Source of the DNA: an uncultured Pseudomonadota bacterium
GTDB lineage: Bacteria > Pseudomonadota > Gammaproteobacteria > Burkholderiales > Rhodocyclaceae
Direction of reading: 5' to 3'
Assembly (NCBI GenBank): GCA_963840825.1
Contig: CAWJAK010000004.1
Location: forward strand, 59,906 to 123,905
DNA: 64,000 nucleotides
Under the pieces are notes generated by a model that saw only the letters and a list, made by a program, of their open reading frames with translations, was not told where the DNA came from and did no database searches. This document shows positions 1-12,649 of the stretch, piece by piece. The stretch's first letter is position 1. Every line of letters starts with the position of its first letter. Position numbers and translations under genes: made by a program.

Positions 1-689
1 CGGACTACTCAGCGCGTCGGCCGGGACAGCTTTCCGGCGGCCAGCAGCAGCGTGTCGCCATCGCACGCACGCTGGCCATCGAGCCGCAGGTCTTGCTGCT
101 CGACGAGCCGCTCTCCAACCTCGACGCCAAGCTGCGTGTGCAGACGCGGCAGGAGCTGGTGAAACTGCAGCGCCGGCTTGGCATCACGACGATCTTCGTC
201 ACGCACGATCAGGAAGAGGCGCTGACCACCTGCCACCGTGTCGCGGTGATGGATCAGGGCATCATCCAGCAGGTCGGGGCGCCGATGGAACTGTTCGACT
301 ATCCGGTCAATCGCTTCGTCGCGCAGTTCGTCGGCACCGTGAATCTGTATTCCGGCAGCGTGCGCAGCGAAGCGGGCCAGCTGCGTTTTTCCTCGCCGCA
401 ACTGGGCGACATCGTCCTGCCCACCGGCCTGGCACCGCCCACCATCCCCGAGTGCGACCTGACCTTCCGTCCCCATTCCGTGCGATTGGGGGATGGCGGC
501 GTGGCGGGCTTGCGGCTCGAAGGCGCGGTCGAGACCGCCGAATTCCTCGGTGAATTCCTGCGCTACGAACTACGTGTGGGGAACGCGACCCTCATCGCGG
601 ACGTCTCGCATGCGCGCGGTCACGCGCCGCTGGAACTCGGCAGCAGGGTGCCGCTGACCGTGCCGGCGAGCGAGATCCGCTTCATCTGA
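1..689 (+). CDS. ABC transporter ATP-binding subunit (PotA/FbpC-like), 5'-truncated by window edge
   Basis: LSGGQQQRVAIAR signature upstream, Walker B LLLDEPLSNLD, VTHDQEEAL H-loop, C-terminal TOBE-like domain. Confidence 0.9.
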   Translation, partial: DYSARRPGQLSGGQQQRVAIARTLAIEPQVLLLDEPLSNLDAKLRVQTRQELVKLQRRLGITTIFVTHDQEEALTTCHRVAVMDQGIIQQVGAPMELFDYPVNRFVAQFVGTVNLYSGSVRSEAGQLRFSSPQLGDIVLPTGLAPPTIPECDLTFRPHSVRLGDGGVAGLRLEGAVETAEFLGEFLRYELRVGNATLIADVSHARGHAPLELGSRVPLTVPASEIRFI

Positions 690-693
690 TCCG

Positions 694-1041
694 ATGCAGG
701 ACAATCTGTTCGCCGGCCTGCCGGCTGCGCCCGAGGCTGCGGAACGGATCGAGGCCATCCTCGACCGTCCGGGCCTGCGCATCGAACGCATCGTGTCAAC
801 CGGGCAGGCGAGCCCACCGGATTTCTGGTACGACCAGCCGGATGATGAATGGGTGCTGCTGCTGTGCGGCGCCGCCGGCCTGCGCTTTGCCGACGCAGCG
901 GAAGTCAGGTCGATGCAGCCGGGTGACTGGCTGCACATCCCCGCACATACGCGCCATCGCGTCGAATGGACCGATGCCGCGCAGCCTGCCGTCTGGCTGG
1001 CGGTGCATTTCGGGCCCGGGATGCCGTCCCGCCAGCCCTGA
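694..1041 (+). CDS. Cupin-domain protein
   Basis: ERIVSTGQASPPDFWYDQ..EWVLLL.G..IPAH.RHRVEWT cupin motifs; stop codon lies inside the 24-bp motif. Confidence 0.85.
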   Translation: MQDNLFAGLPAAPEAAERIEAILDRPGLRIERIVSTGQASPPDFWYDQPDDEWVLLLCGAAGLRFADAAEVRSMQPGDWLHIPAHTRHRVEWTDAAQPAVWLAVHFGPGMPSRQP

Positions 1042-1045
1042 CTTT
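1022..1045 (+). repeat. Dispersed 24-bp motif, copy 1
   Basis: TGCCGTCCCGCCAGCCCTGACTTT; overlaps cupin C-terminus and stop, between convergent genes. Confidence 0.9.
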
Positions 1046-1123
1046 GCGTGAAACGCCTGACATGTCAACCGCTACTGTCAACGCCGTAGCGACCATCCGT
1101 GGCCCGAGGTCGGCGCTGCGGCG

Positions 1124-2779
1124 TTACATGTTTTGGTAAATCGGTCCTTCGCCGCCCTGCGGCGTCACCCAGTCGATGTTCTGGCCGGGGTCCTTGATGT
1201 CACAGGTCTTGCAATGCACGCAGTTCTGCGCGTTGATCTGCAGTCGTGGCGAGCCGCCTTCCTTGATGATCTCATAGACGCCCGCGGGGCAGTAGCGCTG
1301 CTCGGGCGCCGCGTAGAGCGCCAGGTTGTGGGCGATCGGTGCCGCCTCGTCCTTGAGGCGCAGGTGGCAGGGCTGATCCTCCTCGTGGTTGGTGTTGGAG
1401 AGGAAGACTGATGACAGCCGGTCGAAGGTCAGCACCCCGTCAGGCTTCGGATAGTCGATCGGCGTGCATTGCGCGGCCGGCTTGAGCTTGGTGTGGTCCG
1501 GGGTGAGCCGCAGCGTCCAGGGCGCCTTGCCGCGGAACAGCTGCTGGTCGATGCCGAACAGCAGCGCGCCTTTCCAGAGTCCCTTGGCCATCAGCGGCTT
1601 GAAGTTGCGCGCGCGGGAGAGTTCGTCGAACAGCCACGATTTGCGGAATGCCTGCGGATAGGCAGTGAGTTCGTCGCCGCTGCGGTTTTCGGCCAGCGCG
1701 GCGGCCGTCGCCTCGGCCGCCAGCATGCCGGATTTGATCGCCGCGTGTGAACCCTTGATGCGCGACGCGACGAGGAAGCCGGCATCGTCGCCGATCAGCG
1801 CGCCGCCGGGGAAGATGAGCTTGGGCAGCGCCTGCAGGCCGCCCGAGGCGAGCGCGCGTGCGCCGTAGCCGAGCCGCTTTGCTCCCTCTGCGCCTTCGAA
1901 GTAGGGGCGCAGCGCCGGGTGGGTCTTGAGCCGCTGCATCTCCTCGAAGGGCGAGAGATAGGGATTGTTGTAACCCAGGCCGACGACAAGGCCGAAGGAG
2001 ACGAGGTGTGGCTGGTCCTCGTTGCCATAGTGATAACAGAAGCCACCGCCGTAGGTATCGTTCGCCAGCGGCCAGCCGGCCGTATGCAGGACCAGCCCGC
2101 GGCGGTGCTGCTCGGGGGAAACTTGCCAGAGTTCCTTGATGCCGAGGCCATAGACCTGCGGTTCGGCGCCGGCGCGCAGATTGAAGCGCTGTTCGAGCCG
2201 CTTGCCGAGATGGCCGCGGCAGCCTTCGGCGAACAGCGTGTACTTCGCGCGCAGTTCCATGCCCGGCTGGAAGTTGGGGCCGGGTTCGCCGTTCTTCAGC
2301 ACGCCCATGTCGCCGGTGATGACGCCAGCGACACGATCTCCGTCATACAGGACATCCGCGCCCGCGAAGCCGGCATAGACCTCGACGCCGAGCGCTTCGG
2401 CCTGCTGGCCCAGCCAGCGGCAGAGTTCGCCGAGGCTGATGATGGTGTTGCCGTCGTTGTGGAAGCAGGCCGGTATCAGCGCGGCGGGCAGGGCAGTGCC
2501 GCCCTTCTCGGTGAGGAACAGCAGGCGGTCTTCGGTGACCGGCGTATCGAGTGGCGCATTGCGCGCGTGCCAGTCGGGAATCAGTTCGGTCAGCGCGCGC
2601 GGGTCCATGACGGCGCCGGAAAGGATGTGGGCGCCGATTTCGGAGCCCTTGTCGATCAGGCAGACGTTGATGCCCGCACTCATGGCTGCACTGAGCTGCT
2701 TGAGCCGGATCGCCGCGGCCAGGCCGGCCGGTCCGCCGCCCACCACCACGACATCGAATTCCATCGCTTCGCGTTCCAT
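1124..2779 (-). CDS. etfDH: Electron transfer flavoprotein-ubiquinone oxidoreductase
   Basis: DVVVVGGGPAG FAD motif, GAHILSGA, C-terminal CPAGVYE and CVHCKTCDIKDP 4Fe-4S motifs. Confidence 0.95.
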   Translation of the reverse strand: MEREAMEFDVVVVGGGPAGLAAAIRLKQLSAAMSAGINVCLIDKGSEIGAHILSGAVMDPRALTELIPDWHARNAPLDTPVTEDRLLFLTEKGGTALPAALIPACFHNDGNTIISLGELCRWLGQQAEALGVEVYAGFAGADVLYDGDRVAGVITGDMGVLKNGEPGPNFQPGMELRAKYTLFAEGCRGHLGKRLEQRFNLRAGAEPQVYGLGIKELWQVSPEQHRRGLVLHTAGWPLANDTYGGGFCYHYGNEDQPHLVSFGLVVGLGYNNPYLSPFEEMQRLKTHPALRPYFEGAEGAKRLGYGARALASGGLQALPKLIFPGGALIGDDAGFLVASRIKGSHAAIKSGMLAAEATAAALAENRSGDELTAYPQAFRKSWLFDELSRARNFKPLMAKGLWKGALLFGIDQQLFRGKAPWTLRLTPDHTKLKPAAQCTPIDYPKPDGVLTFDRLSSVFLSNTNHEEDQPCHLRLKDEAAPIAHNLALYAAPEQRYCPAGVYEIIKEGGSPRLQINAQNCVHCKTCDIKDPGQNIDWVTPQGGEGPIYQNM

Positions 2780-2885
2780 GCCGATCCTCCCGGTTATACG
2801 TTTGTATTCGAGGCGCTTGCGCAGCGGCGCAGTTGCAGCGTGCAATTATAATTTCATCCCCTCCACTTGCCTTGGGAACCTGTGC

Positions 2886-5697
2886 ATGGATGCAAGCGAG
2901 CGTTTGTTGCAGTTGGTGCGTGCTTTGCGCGACGAAATGCAACCGGGTGCGGCGGCGCTGCCGGTGCGGCTCGACAGCCGCCTCGACCGCGATCTCGGTT
3001 TTGACAGCCTGGCGAAGAGCGAACTGCTGCTGCGTATCGAGGCGGAGTTCGCGCTGCGCTTGCCGGCCGAATTGTTGTCGACCGCCGAAATGCCGCGCGA
3101 TTTCCTCGCCGCGCTGGGGGCGACCGCCATTGAAAATGCCGTCCCGCCAGCGCTGACTATTGAAGGTGCGACGGTGGTTGGAACGACCGGCGCGGGCCGG
3201 CCCGCGCCGGTCGAACTGGCAACACTGTCAGCCGTGCTGCAATGGCATGCCGCGCACCAGCCGGAACGCACCCACCTGATCTATCTCGACGAGGGCGATC
3301 GCGCACAGCCGCTAACCTACGGCCAGCTGTGGCGCGAAGCGCGCGCGGTGGCGGCGGCGCTGCAGCAGCGCGAGATCGCGCCGGGCGATGCGGTGGCGTT
3401 GATGCTGCCGACCTGCCCGGCCTTCTTCCCGTGCTATTGCGGCATCCTGCTGGCCGGCGGCGTGCCGGTGCCGATCTATCCGCCAGCGCGGCCATCGCAG
3501 CTCGAGGACCACCTGCGCCGCCACGCGACGATCCTTGCCAACGCTGAAGCACGATTGTTGGTCACCAGTGGCGAAATCGCGTTGCCGGCCGGGCTGCTGA
3601 AACGCCAGGTCGAGAGCCTGCGCAACGTCGTGCTGGCGAACGAACTGCTGGCCTGCGACGGGGAACCACTGCCGGTACCCGCGCGTGCCGACGACCTTGC
3701 GCTCCTGCAGTACACCTCGGGCAGCACCGGCAATCCGAAGGGCGTGATGCTCACGCACGCACAACTGCTCGCCAACATCCATGCGATGGCAGAAGCCGCC
3801 GGCATTGGCGCGGAAGACGTATTCGTCAGCTGGCTGCCGCTCTACCATGACATGGGGCTGATTTGTGCCTGGCTTTCCAGCCTTGTCCATGCGGTGCCGT
3901 TCGTCGTGATGTCGCCACTGGCCTTCCTGGCGCGGCCGGAGCGCTGGCTGCGGGCGATCGACAAGTACCGTGGCACGCTGTCCGGCGCGCCGAACTTCGC
4001 CTACGAGCTGTGCCTGAAGCGCATCGACGACGCGGCGCTCGCCGGACTCGACCTGTCGTCGTGGCGCATCGCCTTCAATGGCGCCGAGGCGGTCGGACCC
4101 GACACCGTGGTGCGCTTTGCCGCGCGTTTCGCCGCGTGCGGCTTGCGCGCCGAAGCGATCGCGCCGGTGTATGGCATGGCCGAGTGCGCTGTGGGCCTGG
4201 CGGCGACGCCGGGTGCCGGCGCGCGCATCGATCGCATCCGCCGCGAGCCCTTCGTCGCGGGCGGCGAGGCACTGCCCGCCGATGTGGAAACACCGGACGC
4301 GGAGGCGATGTGTTTCGTCGCCTGCGGCAAGCCACTGCCGGGCTACGAAATTCGCATCGTCGATGCGGCCGGTGCCGAACTGCCGGAACGCCACGAGGGT
4401 CGCCTGCAGTTCCGCGGCCCGTCGGCGACCGCCGGCTATTACCGCAACCCGGCGGCGACTGCGCAACTGATCCGCGACGGCTGGCTGGATTCCGGCGATT
4501 ACGCCTATCTCGCCAGCGGCGAGGTCTATCTGACCGGCCGCGCCAAGGACATCATCATCAAGGGAGGCCGCAACATCTACCCACAGGAGGTCGAGGCGGC
4601 GGTCGGCGCACTGCCGGGCATCCGCAAGGGCTGCGTCGCGGTGTTCGGTAGCCCCGATCCGGCGAGCGGCACCGAGCGGCTGGTGATTGCCGCCGAGACC
4701 CGCGAGACTAACGCAACGGCGCTGGCCGCATTGCAGCAGCAGGTGCAGGATGCCGTCGTTGAATTGCTCGAGATGCCGGCCGACGAGGTCGTGCTGTCGA
4801 ACGGGCCGCATCGTGCTGAAGACCTCGAGTGGCAAGGTGCGCCGTGCCGCGAGCCGGGAGCTGTACGAGAGCGGCATGGCGGGCGAGGCGGCCGCCACCG
4901 CGCCGCGGGCGGTGTGGCTGCAGGTGGTGCGACTGGAACTCGCCGGTGTGCTGCCGCAGCTGCGGCGTACGGCGCGGGCGCTGGCCGGGTGGCTGCGCGG
5001 CGTCTGGTCCGCCGGGCTGTTTTGCGCCTTCACCGGTCCGGTTTGGCTCGCCGTCGCCGTTGCGCCAACCCCTGCCTTTGCGTGGAACTTCGGCGGGTTT
5101 GCCGCGCGGCTGTGGCTGCGGCTGTCCGGTATCCGCCTTGCGGCGCACGGGCTGGAACACCTGCCGGCGCACGCTTCCTGCGTGCTGGCGGCCAACCACG
5201 CCAGCTATCTCGACGGCCTCGCGCTGGTGGGGGCGCTGCCTTGGCGAAACTGGCGCTTCGTCGCCAAACGCGAGCTGCGCGACAACTTTTTCGCGCGCGT
5301 CTTCCTCGAACGGCTTGGCTGCGACTTCGTCGAGCGCTTCGATTTCCAGCGCAGCGTCGCCGATGCCGAGCAGCTGCACGACAGCGTCGCCGCCGGCCAC
5401 AGCCCGGTGTTCTTCCCCGAGGGCACGTTCTCGCGGGTGCCGGGGCTGGCGCCATTCCGCATGGGCGCCTTCCTGGTCGCGGCACGTAACAACGTGCCCA
5501 TTCTGCCGGCGGCGCTGGCCGGCACGCGCGATGTGCTGCGCGACGGCCACTGGCTGCCGCGCCGGGGCACCGTGACACTGACGCTCGGCGCCATCATCGT
5601 ACCGGCCGGCGACGACTGGCCGGCGGCGCTCAGGCTGCGCGCGGCGGCGCGGGAACACATCCTGTGCCATTGTGGCGAGGGCGACCTGCAGGCCTGA
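2886..5697 (+). CDS. ACP + fatty acyl-AMP ligase-like adenylation + PlsC-type acyltransferase fusion (frameshift near 4810)
   Basis: LGFDSL phosphopantetheine site, YTSGSTGNPKG, SWLPLYHDMGL; second frame gives KTSSGKVRR, NHASYLD and FPEGT. Confidence 0.85.
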
Positions 5698-5853
5698 GCC
5701 GGCGACGAATGGGCGGCATTTTGTGTGAAACGCCTTACGTGCCGGACATTGGCCCTAGGGTTCATTGACCGTGGGTTGCCCCAGTCCGACGATGCGGCGT
5801 TAGGCGGAGATCAGCCGATATAATCAACGCGTCAAAATAACGCCGGCAGGATT

Positions 5854-6274
5854 ATGACAAAGGAACATCCGCAGCAGCGGGTTCATGTCTCGCACATCCC
5901 CGTGCGCTGGGGCGACATGGATGCGCTCGGCCACGTCAACGACACCGTCTACTTCCGCTTTGCCGAACAGGCGCGCATTGACTGGCTGGAAAAGCTGGGC
6001 ATCGCCGACATCGTCGCGGTGGATGAAGGCCCGGTGATCATCAACGCCAGTTGCACCTTTTTCAAGCCGATCACCTACCCGGCCACCGTCGAAGTGACGA
6101 TGCTGATCGGCATGCCGGGCCGCAGCAGCCTGCCGACCTTCTACGAAATGCGCTGCGTCGGCATGGGTGACGACGTGACCCTGTATGCCGAGGGCGCCGC
6201 CAAGGTGGTCTGGTGGAATCCACGCACCGGCACGTCGCTGCCGCTGCCCGACTTCATTCGCCGCATGTATCCCC

Positions 6275-6282
<8 letters not shown>
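5854..6282 (+). CDS. Acyl-CoA thioesterase (YbgC/FadM hot-dog family)
   Basis: [16 protein letters not shown] motif. Confidence 0.9.
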
Positions 6283-8224
<1,942 letters not shown>

Positions 8225-8815
8225 TCACTGCGGCGCACTGGCCGCAGCTTTTCTTTTCAGCACTTCCCGGCGGATGTCCTGGTAGTGCTCGCGCGTCTCG
8301 GACTCGACCAGCGAGCGGCCGAGTCCCAGCGGCATTGCCGTGTCGGGCACTGCCTCCGAGTGATAGCGCAGGCGCGTACCACCCACGATGGCCTCGAGTT
8401 GCGTGCTGCCCCGAAATCGCTTCATGTTGCCACTGATCATGCGCGATTCAAATCCGTCATAGGGGTTCAGCGTCAGTTCCCGTTCGGACTGGAATTCGAA
8501 GCTGAGCGGCCCGAAACTCGTCTTGCCCGTTTGCGCCACGCGCAAGAGATTGCCTTCCGGGAGAGTATCCGGCTCGACCGGATGTTGGCGATGAAGCGGG
8601 GCAGATGGTCGAAATCGGTCAGGACTTCCCAGACCTCCCTGGGTGTGGCGGCGATGGTCGAACTCGACATCAACGAGGACGACTTCGCCCTGGATAATGA
8701 CTTTGACCGCGATGGGATCCGCTGGGTCGGCCGCGAACGCGGTCAAGGCTGGCGCCAATAAGCCCAGCGCCAGCCAGGAAATCAGGAGCATCTTGGAATC
8801 GCGGATGATATTCAC
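8225..8815 (-). CDS. SRPBCC/polyketide cyclase-like protein (two compensating frameshifts, ~8560 and ~8660)
   Basis: Signal peptide; alternate frame gives IAATPREVWEVLTDFDHLPRFI typical of SRPBCC. Confidence 0.7.
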   Translation of the reverse strand: MNIIRDSKMLLISWLALGLLAPALTAFAADPADPIAVKVIIQGEVVLVDVEFDHRRHTQGGLGSPDRFRPSAPLHRQHPVEPDTLPEGNLLRVAQTGKTSFGPLSFEFQSERELTLNPYDGFESRMISGNMKRFRGSTQLEAIVGGTRLRYHSEAVPDTAMPLGLGRSLVESETREHYQDIRREVLKRKAAASAPQ

Positions 8816-8909
8816 GGCGTTTCAGGGAACGGTTGCAATGAAGGCAGCATAGCCGCGGCGGGTCTGGCATGCACCGCGACAATTGCAACAGATTATTTCC
8901 TGCCGGGAC

Positions 8910-9764
8910 TTAGGAGCTGCTTTCTACCGTCCCGCCAGCGCTGACTTTGTCGATCGCCAAGACATCAACCAGCCACGGCAGGATTTCCTTGAGTTGTGCA
9001 GCCAGCGTCCAGGGCGGATTGACGATGAACACGCCGCTGCCGTGCATTCCACGGCCATCGGACGAGGACGCCTGGACGGTGAGCGTAACGTTCAGCCAGT
9101 CCGGGGCGAGCTTCTTCAGTTTGCCCGCGAGGGTGATGCTCTCGTTCTTCTGTAGCAGGGGATACCAGACCATGAACGTGCCGGTGGCGAAACGCTGCAG
9201 CCCTTCCCTGACCGCCGTGACAACCTGCATGTAGTCGTGTTTGTTTTCGTAGGCGGGGTCGATGAGTACGAGGCCGCGGCGCGGCGGTGGGGGTAGCAGT
9301 ACCTGCATGCCGGCGAAGCCGTCTTCCTGCTTGATCGCCGTGCGCTTTTGGGCGTCGGGCGCGGCGCCGGCGATGTTCTGTGCCAAGAGCTTGACGTCGG
9401 CGGGGTGCAGTTCGAACAGGCGCAGCTTGTCGGCGGGGCGCAGCGCGCGCAGGGCAAGCAGCGGCGAGCCGGGATAGCGGCGCAGCCTGCCGTCCGGATT
9501 GTCCGCGCGCACGGCCTCGACGTAACGGGCGATCAGCGGCGGTAAATCATTGCGCTGCCACAGGCGGCCAATACCGTCGGCGTACTCGGCATGCGTCGTC
9601 GCGCGGCCGGCATCGAGGCGGTAGCCGCCGGCGCCGGCATGCGTGTCGATGAGCCAGTAGGGCTTGTCCTTCTGGTTGAAATAGTCGAGCACCGCGAGCA
9701 GCACGGTATGCTTGAGGACGTCGGCGTGGTTGCCGGCGTGGAAGACGTGCCTGTAACTCAGCAT
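8910..9764 (-). CDS. rlmJ: 23S rRNA (adenine2030-N6)-methyltransferase
   Basis: [38 protein letters not shown]. Confidence 0.95.
   Translation of the reverse strand: MLSYRHVFHAGNHADVLKHTVLLAVLDYFNQKDKPYWLIDTHAGAGGYRLDAGRATTHAEYADGIGRLWQRNDLPPLIARYVEAVRADNPDGRLRRYPGSPLLALRALRPADKLRLFELHPADVKLLAQNIAGAAPDAQKRTAIKQEDGFAGMQVLLPPPPRRGLVLIDPAYENKHDYMQVVTAVREGLQRFATGTFMVWYPLLQKNESITLAGKLKKLAPDWLNVTLTVQASSSDGRGMHGSGVFIVNPPWTLAAQLKEILPWLVDVLAIDKVSAGGTVESSS
8925..8948 (+). repeat. Dispersed 24-bp motif, copy 3 (within rlmJ C-terminal tail)
   Basis: TACCGTCCCGCCAGCGCTGACTTT; reads KVSAGGTV on the coding strand. Confidence 0.88.
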
Positions 9765-9788
9765 CGCTGGCCTTTAGAATGTGTTTCC

Positions 9789-10532
9789 ATGAATGATACG
9801 CAAGGTGTCCGAATTTCTAAGTTGATGGCCGAACGCGGCCTGTGCTCGCGCCGCGAGGCCGATGCCTACATCGAGCGCGGGATGGTCTATGTGAATGGCG
9901 AGAAGGTGACGCAGCTGGGTACGCGCGCCGCGCCGGATGCCGAGATCGTGTTGGCGGCGCGGGCGCAGAATCAGCAGGCCGCGCTGGCGACGGTGCTGGT
10001 GCACAAGCCGATCGGCGTTGTCTCGGGGCAGGCCGAGGATGGTCACCAGCCCGCCATCGTGCTGATCAAGCCGGACACGCAAATGGCCGGAGACTACCAG
10101 CGCTTCCGCCCGCAGTATCTGAAAGGACTGGCGCCGGCCGGCCGGCTCGATATCGATTCGACGGGGCTGCTGGTGCTGACGCAGGATGGCCGTGTGGCAC
10201 GCACCCTGATCGGCGAGAACAGCGAGGTCGAGAAGGAGTATCTCGTGCGCGTGGAGAGTGGCGCGGGCACGCTCGACGAACGCGGCCTCGCACTACTCAA
10301 CCACGGCCTGTCGCTCGACGGCAAGCCCCTGAAGCGGGCCAAGGTGCGCTGGCAGAATGACGACCAGTTGCAGTTCATCCTGAAGGAGGGCAAGAAGCGC
10401 CAGATCCGCCGCATGTGCGAGCTGGTCGGCCTGCGCGTCACCGGCCTCAAGCGCGTGCGCATCGGTGGCGTGACGCTCGGCGACCTGCCCCTCGGGCAGT
10501 GGCGCTTTCTCAAGCCGGAAGAGCAGTTTTGA
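9789..10532 (+). CDS. rRNA pseudouridine synthase (RsuA/RluB/RluF family)
   Basis: S4 domain [18 protein letters not shown] catalytic motif, [10 protein letters not shown]. Confidence 0.92.
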   Translation: MNDTQGVRISKLMAERGLCSRREADAYIERGMVYVNGEKVTQLGTRAAPDAEIVLAARAQNQQAALATVLVHKPIGVVSGQAEDGHQPAIVLIKPDTQMAGDYQRFRPQYLKGLAPAGRLDIDSTGLLVLTQDGRVARTLIGENSEVEKEYLVRVESGAGTLDERGLALLNHGLSLDGKPLKRAKVRWQNDDQLQFILKEGKKRQIRRMCELVGLRVTGLKRVRIGGVTLGDLPLGQWRFLKPEEQF

Positions 10533-10614
10533 TGTTCGTTGCGGTTTGGCCGGCCCTGCCCGCCGTGCCGCGTCGTGCTAATGTTCATTCGACCGATGGC
10601 GAAGGAGAATAAGA

Positions 10615-11037
10615 ATGGTCCAGGACGACAACGCAATGCGCAAGGCGACGATGGAAGCCGAGCATCACGTGCAGTTCGAATTGATCCAGGCACTGCAGGA
10701 TGCGGTGAAGCACCGGCGGGAAGGTGCGATGGTTGAAGCGGTGCTGGTGCGCCTGATCGACTACAGCGAGGCGCATTTCCTGTCCGAGGAGCTGCTGATG
10801 CGGCTGGCCAGCTACGATGATTACGAGGCGCACGCCGAGCAGCACCGGCAACTGCTGGAATCCCTGCGCAAGGCACAGGAGCAGTTTTGCGCCACCGGCC
10901 AGCATGCGCTGCTCGACAATATTCCTGCGTCGACCCTCGATTTCATGCACCGGCATATCGCGACGAATGATGCGCGCTTTGCCGACTGGCATGCGGATGT
11001 CGCTTCAACTGAACCGAGGAATCAAGCATGCAACTGA
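10615..11037 (+). CDS. Bacteriohemerythrin-like protein
   Basis: EH...HFLSEE.LM...H.EQH...HI...D iron-ligand pattern. Confidence 0.8.
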   Translation: MVQDDNAMRKATMEAEHHVQFELIQALQDAVKHRREGAMVEAVLVRLIDYSEAHFLSEELLMRLASYDDYEAHAEQHRQLLESLRKAQEQFCATGQHALLDNIPASTLDFMHRHIATNDARFADWHADVASTEPRNQACN

Positions 11038-11657
11038 CGAGCAACAGTTTCAGCGATGGACAGAAAATACCCGGCGATTTCTGCTTCTGCATTCCTGCCG
11101 CGACCGGCCATGTGTGTCTGGGCGGTAACCGGAACCCGCAACTGGCCTGGCGTGACGCGCCGGCCGGGACGAAGTCCTTCGCCGTGATCTGCCACGACCC
11201 CGACGTGCCGAGCCGCGGCGACGACGTCAATCAGGAAGGCCGCAGCGTGCCGGCCGATCTGCCGCGCGTCGATTTCTTCCACTGGGTGTTGATCGACCTG
11301 CCGGCGAGTTGCAGCGAGGTTCGCAACGGCGAGTATTCGGCCGACGTCACGCCGCGCGGCAAGGCGGGTCCGGCGGTGGCCCACGATGCACGGCAGGGCC
11401 TCAACGATTACACCGGCTGGTTCGCCAATGACCACGACATGAGCGGCGACTACCATGGCTACGACGGTCCCTGTCCGCCCTGGAACGACGCACTGCGCCA
11501 TCGCTATGTCTTCACCGTCTTTGCGCTCGACGTGGAGCATCTGCCGGTCGAGGGCAAATTCACGGGTCAGCAGGCCCGCGACGCGATGCAGGGCCACGTC
11601 CTTGCGCAGGCGAGCCTGACCGGGGTCTATTCGCTCAACCCGGCGCTGCAGTTATAG
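11028..11657 (+). CDS. YbhB/YbcL (PEBP/Raf kinase inhibitor-like) protein
   Basis: NPQLAW, HDPDVP, FFHW, YDGPCPP, HRYVF. Confidence 0.92.
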   Translation: MQLTSNSFSDGQKIPGDFCFCIPAATGHVCLGGNRNPQLAWRDAPAGTKSFAVICHDPDVPSRGDDVNQEGRSVPADLPRVDFFHWVLIDLPASCSEVRNGEYSADVTPRGKAGPAVAHDARQGLNDYTGWFANDHDMSGDYHGYDGPCPPWNDALRHRYVFTVFALDVEHLPVEGKFTGQQARDAMQGHVLAQASLTGVYSLNPALQL

Positions 11658-11658
11658 A

Positions 11659-11682
11659 AAAGTCAGCGCTGGCGGGACGGCA
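11659..11682 (-). repeat. Dispersed 24-bp motif, copy 4
   Basis: AAAGTCAGCGCTGGCGGGACGGCA fills almost the entire gap between convergent ybhB-like and prmB stops. Confidence 0.92.
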
Positions 11683-11684
11683 GG

Positions 11685-12575
11685 TCAGCCGAGATCTTCC
11701 TTGCGCAGGAGGAATATCTTGCCGTCGCCGCTCCCGGTGTCGATCCAGGTGAGTGGCAACTGCGGGAAGGCGGCATCCATGATTTCGCGGTTATGGCCGA
11801 CTTCGACGGCCAGCAGGCCTTGCGGCTTGAGATGCGCCCTGGCGCCGGCCAGGATGCGGCGCACGATGTCGAGTCCGTCGGCGCCGGCGGCGAGCGCGTT
11901 CTCGGGTTCATGGCGGTATTCGGGCGGCAGGTCGTGCATCGCCTGAGACGTCACGTAGGGCGGGTTGCTGATGATCAGGTCGTACATACGCTTGCCGAGC
12001 TTCGCGAACAGGTCGCCCTGCACGAGGCGGACGCGATCTGCAAGGCCATGGTCGACGACGTTGCGTTTGGCGACTTCGAGCGCATCCTTCGAGATGTCGG
12101 CGGCGTCGACCTTTGCGTTCGGGAAGGCATGCGCCATCAGGATCGCGAGGCAGCCCGAACCGGTGCAGAGGTCGAGCGCGGCTTCGATGGCAAACGGATC
12201 GTCCACCCACGGCGCGAAGTCCTTGACCAGCAGGTCGGCGAAATAGGAGCGCGGAATCAGCACGCGCTCGTCGACGTAGAAGCGCAGGCCGGCCTGCCAG
12301 GCTTCATGCGTCAGGTAGGCGGCGGGCAGGCGGCGCGCAATGCGCTGCTGCAGCAGTTCGAGCACCGCGATGCGCTCGTGGCGCGTGAGGCGTGCATCCA
12401 GATAGGGGTCGAGGCGATCCGGCGGCAGGTGCAGCGCGTGCAGGATCAGCCAGACCGCCTCGTCGTGGGCGTTGTCGCAGCCGTGGCCGAAGAACAGCTT
12501 CGCTTCGTTGAAGCGGCTGGTGCCCCAGCGCAGCCAGTCGCGGATCGTGTGCAGGTCGTCGAGGAGTTCGGACAT
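11685..12575 (-). CDS. prmB: 50S ribosomal protein L3 N5-glutamine methyltransferase
   Basis: FGHGCDNAHDEA, VDERVLIPRS, DLCTGSGC, SNPPYV. Confidence 0.95.
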   Translation of the reverse strand: MSELLDDLHTIRDWLRWGTSRFNEAKLFFGHGCDNAHDEAVWLILHALHLPPDRLDPYLDARLTRHERIAVLELLQQRIARRLPAAYLTHEAWQAGLRFYVDERVLIPRSYFADLLVKDFAPWVDDPFAIEAALDLCTGSGCLAILMAHAFPNAKVDAADISKDALEVAKRNVVDHGLADRVRLVQGDLFAKLGKRMYDLIISNPPYVTSQAMHDLPPEYRHEPENALAAGADGLDIVRRILAGARAHLKPQGLLAVEVGHNREIMDAAFPQLPLTWIDTGSGDGKIFLLRKEDLG

Positions 12576-12649
12576 GGCCGTTGCCGCCATTCAATGTTAA
12601 GGTTTTGGATGGCGGCGATTCTAGCCGCAGCTGATGCAGGAGAAACGAC

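Noticed and set aside
1058-1067. TGACATGTCA palindrome, also at 44307, each near a motif copy
   Set aside because: Spacing and side relative to the motif differ, and a 10-bp palindrome seen twice is too little support.
1043-5735. TTTGYGTGAAACGCCT at 1043 and 5720, flanking ETF-QO and the acyl-ligase fusion
   Set aside because: There are only two copies with 15/16 identity, which is plausible by chance in 64 kb, and no mobility genes.
11659-11682. GCTGGCGG inside the motif resembles E. coli Chi (GCTGGTGG)
   Set aside because: It has one mismatch, the octamer is common in GC-rich coding DNA, the conserved unit is much longer, and copies are not strand-polarised.
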